The position numbers and the translations under genes are program-made. This document shows, in pieces, positions 26,621-37,882 of a stretch of 60,000 nucleotides of DNA; the first letter of the stretch is position 1; the number at the start of each line of letters is the position of its first letter. This DNA comes from Vicugna vicugna (lineage: Eukaryota). Where the stretch lies: contig MU058714.1 in assembly GCA_013265495.1 (NCBI GenBank), forward strand, positions 1,614,001 to 1,674,000, read 5' to 3'. The notes beneath the pieces were generated by a model. The model did no database searches and was not told the origin of the DNA. It saw only the letters and a program-made list of their open reading frames with translations.

Positions 26621-27164
26621 TTCAGTCTTTTTAACGTCAGCGGTTTGCATCGTGCGTTGCGGGACTCACTGCGGTTCCAACTGCGTTTTCCTGGTGGCTA
26701 CGCGTGTTTGTCGTCCATGTACCTTCCTTGGTGGGGTCTGTTCAGATGCTTTGACCACTGTTGACAATTAAACCGTTTTCTTATCACTGAGCTGTACAAT
26801 GCATAACCCCTCCGAGCTATTTATTTCAGTTTTCCTGGTGGGAAGGCTTTTGACTAAGTTCGGCTCCTTTAACAGATACAGGGCTATTCAGGTCATCTGC
26901 TTTGGCGAGTTGGCTAGTTTGTGTTTTTTCAAGGAACGAGTCTCGGGTGTGGTACGGAGCTGTTCACCGCATTCCCTGCTATTCTTTCCACCGCGCGACT
27001 GGTTGCTACTCATTCGCGTTTTTTAAGTTATGCATTTAAGGCTATCGAGTTTTCCCTCTGGGGTGAGCTGGCTCTATTCCACAAGTGTCTGAGCAAGAGT
27101 GTTCTCTCATTATTTACCATTTGAAATTTTTAATTTACTCTTTCACTCAAGAGTTATCTGAAGA

Positions 27165-27312
27165 GGAGGGAGGGCATAGCTCAGGGGTAGAGCGCATGCT
27201 CAGTGTGTATGAGGCCCTGGGTTCAATCTCCAGCACCTGCACTAAATAAAAAAATGGTAATAAATAAATAAGCCTAATCACCTCCCCTAAACAAACACAA
27301 AACAAAAAAAAA
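27165..27312 (+). mobile_element. Full-length tRNA-Ala-derived SINE (vic-1 type) with 14-bp target-site duplication
   Basis: Head ggagggcatagctcaggggtagagcgcatgctcag...gggttcaatctccagcacc and an A-rich tail. TSD gagttatctgaaga (27151-27164) / gagttacctgaaga (27314-27327). Confidence 0.9.
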
Positions 27313-27339
27313 GGAGTTACCTGAAGACGTATTTTTTAA

Positions 27340-28700
27340 AAATAAGACAAACCTGTAATTACAGCTGAAGACTTCCCACCCCTCTCTCAGTGGTTGATAG
27401 AAAACTAGACGAGAAAGCAGCCAGGAGAGAAGGGACCGGCAGGAGCCCCCGCCGCCGCTGCACGCGCCACCCACACCCGCAGGACGCGCTCTCCACGGCG
27501 CGGAGGGCCAGCTACCAGGAGCCACCCGCACACCCCTCAGGGAACACACCCCAAGCCGGCCGGCCACGTCCTGAGCCGGAAAACAAGCCTCAACAGATTT
27601 AGATGACGTAAGATCATCCACGTGGTGTCTCCGACCACAGTGGAACCAGACTAGAAGTCGCCAACAGAAAGACAAGGAGAAAATCCAAACCCTTGGAGAC
27701 TGAACAGCACACCCCGACGTCATTTGTAGGTCCAACGAGACCACCGCGAGGGGACCCGCGGACTGGAGTGGACAAGAACGAGAGCACAGGGCGCAGAGGG
27801 AAGCTTTCAGCGTTAAATCCTTGTGCTAGGAAAGAAGTTCTGAAGTGAAAAGAATGTAAGATTCCTCCTTAAGAACTGGAAAAAGAGCAAAAATAAACCA
27901 AAGCAGGCAGAGGGAAAGGAAACCGTGAAGGCAGCAGAAATCAAGTACGCTTTAAACAGCAAATAATGGAGAAAAATCGACGAAACAAAAAGCACTTCTT
28001 TCAAAAGATCATCAAATTGCCAAACTTCAAACTGACAAGACTGACCGGCGGGGACATCAACTACAGACCTTGCAGGCGCCGGAAGGGCCAGACAGGGACG
28101 CTACAGACGACTGCGAAAGGCACCTTGACAGCTCAGACGAAACGGAGCAAGTCCTGGAAGAGCGCAGACTACCACAACCCACCCCGTGAACGGGTCCAGG
28201 AGCAGCCCCACAGCCGCCACGGACGCTGAGCTCCCGGCCCTAGAACTGGCGGGGAGGGAGCCCTCCAGCCCCAGGTGGTTCCACGGAGCGCTGTTCAAAG
28301 ACACGGTTCGCACAACCTCTCCCAGGAAACAGACGACGAGTGGACCCTCCCAGGTCCATGTTCTGAAGCTCGTGTTGCCCAGATGCCATAACCAAAGACA
28401 GCACAAAACAAGACAGCTGCAGACAAACATCTCACGCTGCAGGTGCCGTAAACCTACAGCCGCACGCTCCCTAAGGAAAGACTGAGCGCCCTCCCCGTAA
28501 GGTCGGAAGGAGGCGAGGCTGCCCACACTCACTCTCCTCGCCAGCGAAGCACTGTGAGTGCTGGCCAGGGCGAGGGGGCAAGGAAACAAAAGGGGAGCGT
28601 GGGGAGGGAGAAGTCAAACTGCCCCTGTCTGCAGGGCACGGGACTGTCTATGCAGACAGGCCCCAGGGTGCTGCATCAGGAAAAAGTGCGCCGAGAACTA
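27340..28700 (+). mobile_element. Degenerate L1 ORF2 (endonuclease/linker region) fragment
   Basis: gaagacttcccacccctctctcagtggttgatagaaaactagac and ccgaccacagtggaaccagactagaagtc correspond to the L1 endonuclease GDFNTPLS and SDH motifs. Frames are disrupted. Confidence 0.75.
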
Positions 28701-28867
28701 ACGTTTCCTTTTTAGTATAAAAAGAGGGTTTTTTTAATAAAGCATGCCATATTCTTAGAGACTAAAAGCACATTCCTAAGTAACCACTGCTAAGGAAATA
28801 ATCACAACGGGAACCGTAAAACATGAGGAGCTGACCAACAACGGAAGTAAAACATTCCGGGTGCAGC

Positions 28868-28985
28868 AGGGAGGGCCCAGCTCGGCGGTAGAGCACGTGC
28901 TTAGCATGCACGAGGTCCTGGGTTCAGTCCCCAGTACCTCTTTCAAGAATAAATAAATAAACTTAATCACCCCCACACACACTAA
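28868..28985 (+). mobile_element. tRNA-Ala-derived SINE (vic-1 type)
   Basis: agctcggcggtagagcacgtgcttagcatgcacgaggtcctgggttcagtccccagtacctc followed by an (AATA)n tail. Confidence 0.85.
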
Positions 28986-29149
28986 AACCTATTGGCAAAT
29001 CCTACAAACGCCTTGGTACGAGTCCATTTGAAAGGTAAGATGGAGTGGGTAACATTCCAGGAGAACACAGAGGCTGGGTGTACACTCGGACGATGGCTAC
29101 CAGCCCGGCCAGCACGCCCTCTGCAGCGGCCGACCCCAAACGGCCAGGA

Positions 29150-29420
29150 CTTGGCCAATAACTGCCAGCTTCCCTAATTTCTGCCTCCGCTTCCAGCTCA
29201 GGGCCAACCAGAGAAAGCCAAGCAGGCTGCCAGCCAGCCACAGGGTTGCAGCAGCTCCAGTCCTCAGGCCCACAGCCCGCACTAGGGGTGCAGCTGAGCC
29301 CCCGCTTCCTGATAAGGCTGCCCCCCCCCGCCTGCCTTGGTGACTGAGCTGCCCCCCTGCTGGGGCGCTGGGCCCCGCTTGTCCTCCGTGCCTGGCCTTC
29401 TTTAGAGCCTCGACGTGTAT
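29150..29420. mobile_element. LTR-like repeat, copy B (inverted homolog of 21580-21890)
   Basis: ttggccaataactgccagcttccctaatttctgcctccgcttccagctcagggccaaccagagaaagccaagcaggc. Confidence 0.55.
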
Positions 29421-29799
29421 CACTGGCATCACCAGAACACACAGGCACAGACACGCCCGACCTCACTGGTGTCGCAGGGGAACTGTCACTAAACGTTCGT
29501 GGAACAGAAACATCCCTGCCTTAAACATTTCGCAGAAGGCTAGCATGATCTCAGTCTCAAAATTAAGAAACAAAACCAATCTAATTGCTGACCAGAGAGC
29601 AGGAAGCCTCAAGAGACTGTTACTAAATTGAAGTCAGCTGTAAGCTGTATACCACACACGTTCGGCTCAGCGCGGATTTCAGGGTCGGGAACCTGATTCT
29701 CATATTCCCCATTATAGGTTAAAGGAGGGGAAAAAATCCAGTATTTCAATAGCTGCAAAGGAACACATGATATAACTTAATACTCATTAAAATTTTTTA

Positions 29800-30045
29800 A
29801 CCATTTTTTAAATTAGTACCTACTTAATTTACAACGTTGTGTTAATTTCAGGTGTACCAGAGTGACTCAGTTTTACATACACACACATCCTTTTTCAGAC
29901 TCTTTTCCATTATGGGTTAGTAAAAGGCATTGAATACAGTTCCCTGTGCTGTGCAGTAGGAACTTGTGGTTTATCTATTTTATACGCGGTAGTGTGTATA
30001 TGTTAATCCCAGACTCCTAATTCACTCCTTCTCCCCCCACTTTCA
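29800..30045 (-). mobile_element. Artiodactyl-type L1 3' end (antisense)
   Basis: aatttacaacgttgtgttaatttcaggtgtac...ttgaatacagttccctgtgctgtgcagtagg...tgttaatcccagactcctaatt is the antisense of the element at 22770-23040. Confidence 0.8.
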
Positions 30046-31169
30046 ATAATCATTTTTGATTAAAACAAAATCTAGCCAACTAGGAGTAGAACGATTTCTT
30101 GATCTGATACAGGGCATCTCCTTAAAAAGACACAGTAAAATTAAAACCCATACATTGTAGGAGAGACACACATCATATCGCAGTTTTGGAAATTACTTCT
30201 GGCAAAAGTTCCATCAACACACGCACAACAGACCAGAGGTAACAGCTGCAAAGTATATGGTTAAGGAATGGCCGACACACCAACTGCTCTTACAAATCAC
30301 TGCACCAAGAAAAACCCTGAGAAGAAAACAGGCTGAGACTGCAGGGCTCTCCTGGGCCGCGTCAGCAGGGGTCTTTTGATTACTCGGTGCAGAAGCCCAG
30401 TTCAGACTGACTGGTGCGTGAGGGAACGTGTCGGCTCCTCTGGGCTCCAGGGACAGCTCCATCCAGGTGCTTCATCCGGTCTCTTTTCCTCAGTCCCACT
30501 TTCCTCCCCGTGGCTTCACCCCCAGGCAGCCTCTCCTCAAATCACAGCCACACTCTGCCAGCTCGGGTTCCCCGTGGAGCAGGGGAGAGCAAAGCCCTGG
30601 GCGGCCTCTCGCTGCCCTCACCGGAGCCATCTGCCTTTCTGAGTCAGTCTCACTGCCAAGGACAGGCTGGCTGGCCACGCCCGGGTTTCCAGCCTCCTAG
30701 ACTGAGTGGGCAGAGAATCCCCAACGGAAAACCAAGGTAGTGTTACCAGAAAAGGGAGAGACTGGAGAATGCTCTGCAGGCAAGACCAAGCTCAGGCCAC
30801 TGCAACCCCATATGGAAATTAAAACAGCTCTGGATCCTCTCCTGCTCAGAGAATTCTTCTGCCACCAAAGGATTGGAACCTCTATTATGTTCTTTGAAAC
30901 AGAGGCCTTGCCCTCCTGAAGCCCCCAGGTCTAAACTCCTAATTCGCTGCACGCGCACCACAGGGCCAGCGCAGAAAGGAGGTCCCGGAGCCCGCCTGGC
31001 TCTGAGACCAAAGAAAGGCCGGAGAGCCCCGGGCAGAGAACTCGGCCAAGCCCCGCGGCGGGCGGGAGCTGGGCCGGGCCCCGGGGTGGGGCGAAAGCCG
31101 TGGGCGGCGGGCAGGAGCCATTAGGGCCCTTGACCGGGCGGGCCGGGGGCTGGGGCGGGCGGTAAAGGA

Positions 31170-31695
31170 TCCCTGGCCTGGCAGTTCACCGAACGACGAC
31201 ACGTGGCGGCACCGTGCCCCCTGGGATTCCTCCCCCGGGTTCAGCCCGACAGGAATGCAAACAGGTCCGTAGGAAAGGCGGGCACAGTGCTGGCGGCAGC
31301 CACGCCCGGGCGGGGCAAGCGAGCCGCCCCCGGCCTCCCAGAGGAAGGAGGCCCTCGCACCTGCTGCAGGCCTGACGCACCTGGAAGGCATTAAGCTCAG
31401 GGAGAAGAGCCAGACCCGCAGGACAGAGGGAGTGACCCCACCACCCCAGGCTCCTGGGGCAGGCGAACTCAGAGGCGGAGGAATGCACCCTCCGCAGCGC
31501 TCGCGGGGGCTGGGGGCTGTGGGCTGGGGGCAGGGGCTCCCTTTGAAGTGATGAAATAAATGTCTTAAAACAACTGTGATGAAGGTCGCCTGACTGAATA
31601 TACTAAAACCCGCTGAACTGTGCACATTAAACGAGTGAATTATGTGGTATGTGAATCATGTCTCAACAAAGCTGTTAAAAAAACAAAACAAAATA
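31170..31695 (+). mobile_element. L1M-type 3'UTR fragment ending in an A-rich tail
   Basis: ctgaatatactaaaacccgctgaactgtgcacattaaacgagtgaattatgtggtatgtgaatcatgtctcaacaaagctgttaaaaaaac is a typical L1MB/MC terminus. The upstream part is heavily GC-shifted. Confidence 0.7.
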
Positions 31696-32060
31696 AAACA
31701 GGACACTCCTGGCAACTGAGTGAAGAACACAGGAGCTGGGTGGAGTGGGGACTCCCGGGAGCTCTGCAGTCTCCTGGTCACTCAAGTCACGTACCCTCCC
31801 CCTGGGGAGGCCGCCATCCCCACAGAGGTAAGGTCTTCTAGCCCCAAAAGGGGCCCCGGTCAGGGCGGCCGGCAGAACCCGTGAGGCTGAGACGGGTCCC
31901 ACCCCATCCCTCCTGCCACCTGCCCGCTGGTTTTAAATTATGTTCACCTTAAAAGTTGGCCCCACGGGGAGGAGGGCTGAGCTTTTCTCTGGCTGCGTCC
32001 CTCAAGACATGGGGCCAGCCCTGGCCGAGAGCAGCGGAGCAGAGCTCACTGGAGTTTGCT

Positions 32061-32135
32061 GAGGGAAGGAAGGGAGGAAGGGAGGGAGGGAGGAAGAAAG
32101 GGAGGGAGGGAGGAAGGAAGGAAGGAAGGGAGGGG
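32061..32135 (+). repeat. Polypurine (GGAA/GGAG)n low-complexity tract
   Basis: gagggaaggaagggaggaagggagggagggaggaagaaagggagggagggaggaaggaaggaaggaagggagggg. Confidence 0.9.
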
Positions 32136-33944
32136 CAGGTGAGGGAGGAAACAGGTGGGCCACCGAGCAGGCCGGTTGCCAAGGGGAAAGCTGGAAACTC
32201 CCAGAGTGGCCGCTGGGTGGCAGCCTCATGTCGCCGACAGCCAGCAGCGCTGGAGCCGGCTGTGCAGACAGGCTGGGTGGTGGCAAAGGGTGTGGCCAGA
32301 GATGGGGGTGCCACCAGCAGGGACCCTCTATGCCAGGCTGCCTTCCAGGGTGAAAGGAGGGCGAACAAAGGGAAAGTTGGCTGGAAAGTTTTCCAGCAAC
32401 AATAATGGTCTGGAAAGTACAAAACTCCGAAATGCCAGGGCGCAGATCCCATGCAAGCCGCCCGCCTGGCGGAGGGGAGCCCAGGCGTCAGAGACAGGGT
32501 GCTGCGCCCAGGGTTGGCGGGGAGAACTCTGGCTCTAGGGCAGCGTTTCCTCCGCACCTGCCACCTTCCCGGAACTCAGCGAGACTTGGGGACAGGGATG
32601 CGACCCAGGTCCACAGCCGGACAGTCCACCAGCATCACCAGCACCCAGAGCACGCCACTGGGCAGACGGGAGAGAGGATGCATACACCAGGGCCTGGCCC
32701 ACGAGCGGCTGCCAGCCAGGCACGGGGGCGGGCAGGGGCGCCCTGGGGGGGCTCACACAGGTGACAGGTGATCAGGCCTGGAAGGGCCAGCAGGGTGACT
32801 GGGCGGAGAGCACAGAGCCATTTCATGTGGTCTGAGTGCTCACTGAGGAAGACAGACGGTGAGCGAGGCCAAACTGTGGCCAGTCTGCCCCACCCGGAGG
32901 GTCTATCCGGACTCCCGCTGGGGACAGTGGGGATTTTACAGCCGGGCCAAGACCCCAGCAGACTGTGCGGCAATGCGTGTAAAGAAGGCTCTGCCTGCCT
33001 TTGGTGAATAATTTTGGGGGTGTGATGGTAGGGTCCAGGTGGGACGGGGAGGGCTACAAGGAGTAGGGCTGTAGAGGGGGCCGTCACCACAGGCCTCGGC
33101 GGCACTGGACACAGGGTATGGTGGAGGGGTGCTGAGGGGCCCCTGGGTCTCTGCACCCCATCAGCCTCCAACCCCCCATCCCATCTTGCTCTGCGTGCGA
33201 CCAGGTCCTAACACCCAAGCCAACGGGGTCTAGCTTTATTGTCCAGACCCCATGAGGGTGACCAGGAAGCCACCAAGGGGCTCCCTCTCAGCCTGCACCC
33301 TAGCACTGAGATCCCCCGTGAGGGGCCTGGAGGACCAGCCTCCGCAGGGGGCGCTCCTGGCAGTAGTGATTAGCTCCCAGGACATCCTGCACCCTGGGCG
33401 GGGGGCCACTCCTACAACAGGACCCAGTGCCCAGGCTCATCCCCAGACCTCTGTGGTCCCTGGAGGAACAGTCACTGTGGACTCTGCAGGGTGTCCCCTC
33501 CTGGGGGTCCACCAGGCCCTGGTCAGGGTCAGGGTCAGGCTGGACCCTAAAGCGTTTCCTGTTCCCATCCATTTATCCTTCCAGCCAATGAGTGGAGTTT
33601 CCCACAACTCACAAACAGAATCATCTTCTCTGATGCGGCACATTTGCAAGCACTAGCCTTGGTGACAGCAGGAGCCGTGACGCAGCCCTAGGGCAGGCAG
33701 TGAATGCATGGCCTCCCCTCCGATGAGGACCCAGGGGAGCATGCGCCCCGGGTGGGCGCCCGCGCGAGGCAGCGGAAGCCGGGGAAAGAGAAGGCATGCG
33801 CTGCCGCCTGGGATTGGGGTGGGGTCCCGCTGGGTTGGGCTCGTGGTGGTCGGTGACTCAGCTGGTGCTGGGGGCGGTCACTCCCGGGAATTACCCAGGG
33901 ACACGACGGGCACCCACAGCCCTGCATCTTAAGACTTCAGAAAG

Positions 33945-34535
33945 TTTATTGTGGTAAAATACAATAACGTAATGAATAACATAAATGCATAATAAATAAA
34001 GTAAAACTGACCATATCAAGAGAACACTTCAGGAGGATTAAGCACATTCACACTGTTGCCCAAACGCCATCTCCAGGGGACTCCTTCCATCTCCCCCAAA
34101 CGAAACTCCCATTAAACCCTAACCTCCATCAAACCTTCCCCGGCCCATGGCACCCACCCTCCTGTCTCTATGAACCTGGCACCTCTGGGTCCCCGACAGG
34201 AGTGGAATCCTACAGGATTTGTCCTTTGGTGACGGGCTGGTGTCACTGAGCACAGTGTCCTCAAGGTCCATCCGTGTCGCAGCAGGTGCCAGAATGTCCT
34301 CCCTTCTTAAGCTGAATAAGATCCCGTTACATGGATGGGCCACACTTTGTCTATCCGTTCATCCATCGGTGGACACACGGGGTGTCTCCAGCTTTCGGCT
34401 GCTGTGAACAGTGACTCTGTAAACACAGACACACAAGTAGCTGTTGGAGTCCCTGCAGTCGCGTCTTCTGGGGACACACCTAGTGGAACTGCTGGGTCAC
34501 GCGGTGATTCCACGTCCAAGGTTTTAAGAAGCCTG
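33945..34535 (-). mobile_element. L1MB-type 3' fragment (antisense)
   Basis: tttattgtggtaaaatac...agtggaatcctacaggatttgtcctttggtgacgggctg...tcaaggtccatccgtgtcgcagca...cctagtggaactgctgggtca. Confidence 0.8.
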
Positions 34536-37500
34536 TGTCTCAAGTCTTTGACGCTGACACCAGTCTCAGCTTCTACAAGCCCTGATCCAGCGGGGGGTCC
34601 TATGGCTCCTTGGCTTACTTGGTCCGAGGGCCAGCTCAGCCCCTCTCTGCAGCTCGGGAGAGATCCGAGTGGTCTCCCTTCTCCCAAGTGCAGCCGCCTG
34701 AGCCCAGGCTCAGGTCTGGAGTGTCAGGGAGGCAACGCCCACCCTTGACCGTTTCGGGGGATAAAGGCCAAACAACGCCGTCCCCGGCTGCCCGCCGCCT
34801 GCTCCCCGTGTGGGCCCCTCCAAGCGGCCCCAGGACCCCCGGCAGCACCCACACCCTCATGACGTCCTCTCCTGCACGTGCGGACTGGAATTACTGACTT
34901 GCCTCTGACAGGAAGCAGGTGGCAAAGGGACGTCCCTTTCCACACTGGTTACCAAAGATCATGGCGCCATCTTGCTCAGGCCCGGAGGGAGGAGCCGTGT
35001 GTCCAGCCAGCAAGGACCTGAGGGTGTGACGGCCACGCGGGCCTGGATCCTCCCTCCTGGCACTTTCCTTACTGTCCTCCGTCAGCTGCTGGTTCTCCTG
35101 CAAAAACACCCCCAGCCCTCCTTGTTTTCTGCAGGCGCTGTGGTCCCCTAACTCCTGGGAGCTATGCCAGCAAGTCTATTAGGACCAATTTCAGTATCCT
35201 TTCCAGGATTTGAAAAATGCCGCGTATCAGTACCCTGCACCCCCAGCCCAGTTCCACCCACCCCCTCCCAGGTCCTCGATTTCCCCTTCTCAGGGGTCCC
35301 GCAGGTGCACGCCTGTCCTGCACAACTCCCTGGAGAATAGCCCATCTCTGCCCGTGGAAGAGCACAGGTGGGCTCCGGGGACGCCGGGGCGAGCGGTGAC
35401 ACAAGGATGGAGCAAAGCTAGTCCAGGGAGGCCGGCCAGGTCGCGTGTGCACCCGCCGTGCACTCCTGGGGGACGGGGGGGCTCAGTGCTGGGGGACAGG
35501 GGAGCCACCAAAGGCAGTAAGGACACAGGTGGTGGGAAGAAGCGAGAACAAGCCTCACGTGCTGGTGCTTCCGGGCGAGTCTGACTCGAGCAAAGTTCCA
35601 GGTTTAACTTCCTATAGTGGCTTCCCCGGTCCTCACCCGGTCCCCCGGCCCTGCAGGACCCCTCCTCACCTTTTCCAGCCTCTTTGTCACCCCATGCACT
35701 TGGCCTGGCTCATCCTGCAGGAGCCAGGGACCATGCCCCCGCCACTCCCACCTTGCCTGGGCTGAACATCCCAGCCTGATGGCCCAGATGGGGGCCTGGG
35801 CTCGTCTGTCCCCCACAGCCAGGCCTCCCGGGTCAGGGGCTGTTTGCCATCCTGCGCCCCCGTGCCCAAGCACCACCTGTCGCCTGCCTCCCCGGCCTCT
35901 TGGGCAGTGCTACCCGGCCCCCAACCCCACTGCCTTGTCACTGACCCGAGCCTGGCCCCATCCCCTGCCCGCTGCCACCATCCCTCTAAATGGCTTGATT
36001 TGATCAAGCCATGCTGGATGGCACCCAATGTGGCTTTGCCAAGCATAACCACCTTGATGGTGGCTTGGGGCGAGAGGCAGCTGGCAGACGGAGGCCAGGA
36101 CCCAAGTGTCCCCTGGGGTGGGGGTCACTCAGGGAGAGAACAATGCGGCAGGGGGAAGATGCTGCCCCCTTGGCCCAGCCCTGCTGCACATGGCCGGGCC
36201 CCTCCCCAGACAGGCTCTGGTAGCTGAAGACCCTGGGCTGGCCACCTCACCTCCAGAGCCTCAGGCTCCCCATCTGTAAAATGGGGGTCATCACAGGGAC
36301 TGGCCTCCAGGCCCGGTGTCCCACCTCCTCCACCTCGGTTGAGGGGCCTCGGGCAGGCTGGGGTTCCTCTGTTTCCTTCTCTGAAAGGGGCCGACCCCCA
36401 TCACCACCCACTCGTTGGGAGGATTCAGATGACATGTGGGTGGGGGTGACCCGGGGCCTCACCCGCAGGGGAGCTGCGTGAACCCTGGGGCAGAGCTGAC
36501 ACTCCCAGGAGGTGGACACTCCAGGACAGGTCCTGGGAGCCCCAGAAGCTGTCTAGACTTGGGGGTGACTGTGGCAGGCACAGTCATGGGAGGCCTGGCC
36601 TCTCCAAGTCCCGGGCCCCCTGACACCTCTGGGCACGCACAGCGGCCACCAGAACCTCACTTAATCTTGAGGCCGCAGATAGAGGCTGGAGGGGAGTTCG
36701 GAGGGGGTGGTCCCTGGCTTCAGGAGGAGAGTGGGCGTCCAAGAGGCACAGAAGGCCCGAGTGAAGGCCAAAGAGGGGCAGCCTTAGCCGGATGGGGGCT
36801 CACGGTTTTGGACATGTGTGGGTCTTGGAGAGGGGCTCAGGCCAGCGTACAGCCGGGACCACGGCAGCGGGGCCTGGGAAGGCTGCTGAGGCCCGGAGAG
36901 CAGCAGGACCCCTGCGCACCTGCACATGTTTCTTTTGTAATAAAAATCAAGGCCAGGGAGGGGAGGCGTCAGCAGGTCAGGAGGGAAGGATGCTGACCAC
37001 CTGGGACGAGGTTCAGAGAGGAAGGCGCCGTCTGCTCCCCGCACCCCCACAGACGTGCACCCACACCTTCATACCCCGCCCCGAGTGGAACCTGTGGGGT
37101 GTGCAGGGGACAGACGCAGGATGTCACTGGAGCCTCCAAGAGCCGGGCCTTCGTGGAGTGCCTGGCGGCCCCTCGTGGCAGCCCCCAGGGCATCCTTGCT
37201 CCTCCAATGCTTCCAACCCAACCGGAGACTTGGAGAGGGCGGTGGGCATCCGGGGGCTTCCGGAGGAGGGGTGGGCTGGGCAGTGGCAGCTCCCCTGGGG
37301 CCACACAGCTGGCTCCAGGGTGCCGGGAATGGTGCCAGCAGCTGGCTCCCAGAGGCCTTGGCTACGAACTTACACGACTAAAGAGCCCCGCTGGGAGGGA
37401 GGCCTCTTGAAGGGTTTTTAAATCTCTGCCTCTGGTAGAATCCGAACCAACTCAGGCTAGGAGAGGAGGGGCCTGGGCTTGGCGCTGCCCCAGTAGGAGG

Positions 37501-37779
37501 GGTCCACCCCACCCCAGACACGTTTCTGCCGGGCAGCGACCCCGCACCTCTTTGCTTTACTTTAAAAAAATACATTTGCACGCATTTAACAACAAAATAG
37601 AACCTAGTATCGGTGAAGATGGGTAGCAACCAAGAGTCCTGCTGTCGGTGGAACCAAGGACCGCCCGCGCGCTCCCGCCTGTGCCCTCCGCCTGCGCACC
37701 CCCCCCCCCAGCCCGAGGCCTCTGAACGGCAGCGGCAGCAGGAAGCCAGTGCGGCCTCTGCTTAGAAAACTGCCTCTGC

Positions 37780-37882
37780 AAGGGCGTGCAGCTCAGCGGC
37801 AGACTGCATGTTTAGCACGAGGTCCTGGGTTAGCTCCCAGTACCTCCACTGGAAAAACAAAACGAAAAGTTTTTAAAAAAAA
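37780..37882 (+). mobile_element. tRNA-Ala-derived SINE (vic-1 type)
   Basis: gtgcagctcagcggcagactgcatgtttagcacgaggtcctgggttagctcccagtacctcca plus an A-rich tail. Confidence 0.75.

Larger units (their letters stand above)
25870..27340 (-). mobile_element. Old L1 fragments on the minus strand (3'UTR and ORF2 pieces)
   Basis: For example agatacagggctattcaggt...atgcatttaaggctatcgagtttccctct and gtttgtcgtccatgtaccttccttggtggggtctgttcagatgctttgacca resemble antisense L1M. Boundaries approximate. Confidence 0.6.

Noticed and set aside
28868..28940. tRNA-Ala(AGC)-like sequence as a real tRNA gene
   Set aside because: The acceptor stem and the A and B boxes are degenerate, it carries the SINE (AATA)n tail, and at least eight similar diverged copies occur in the window.
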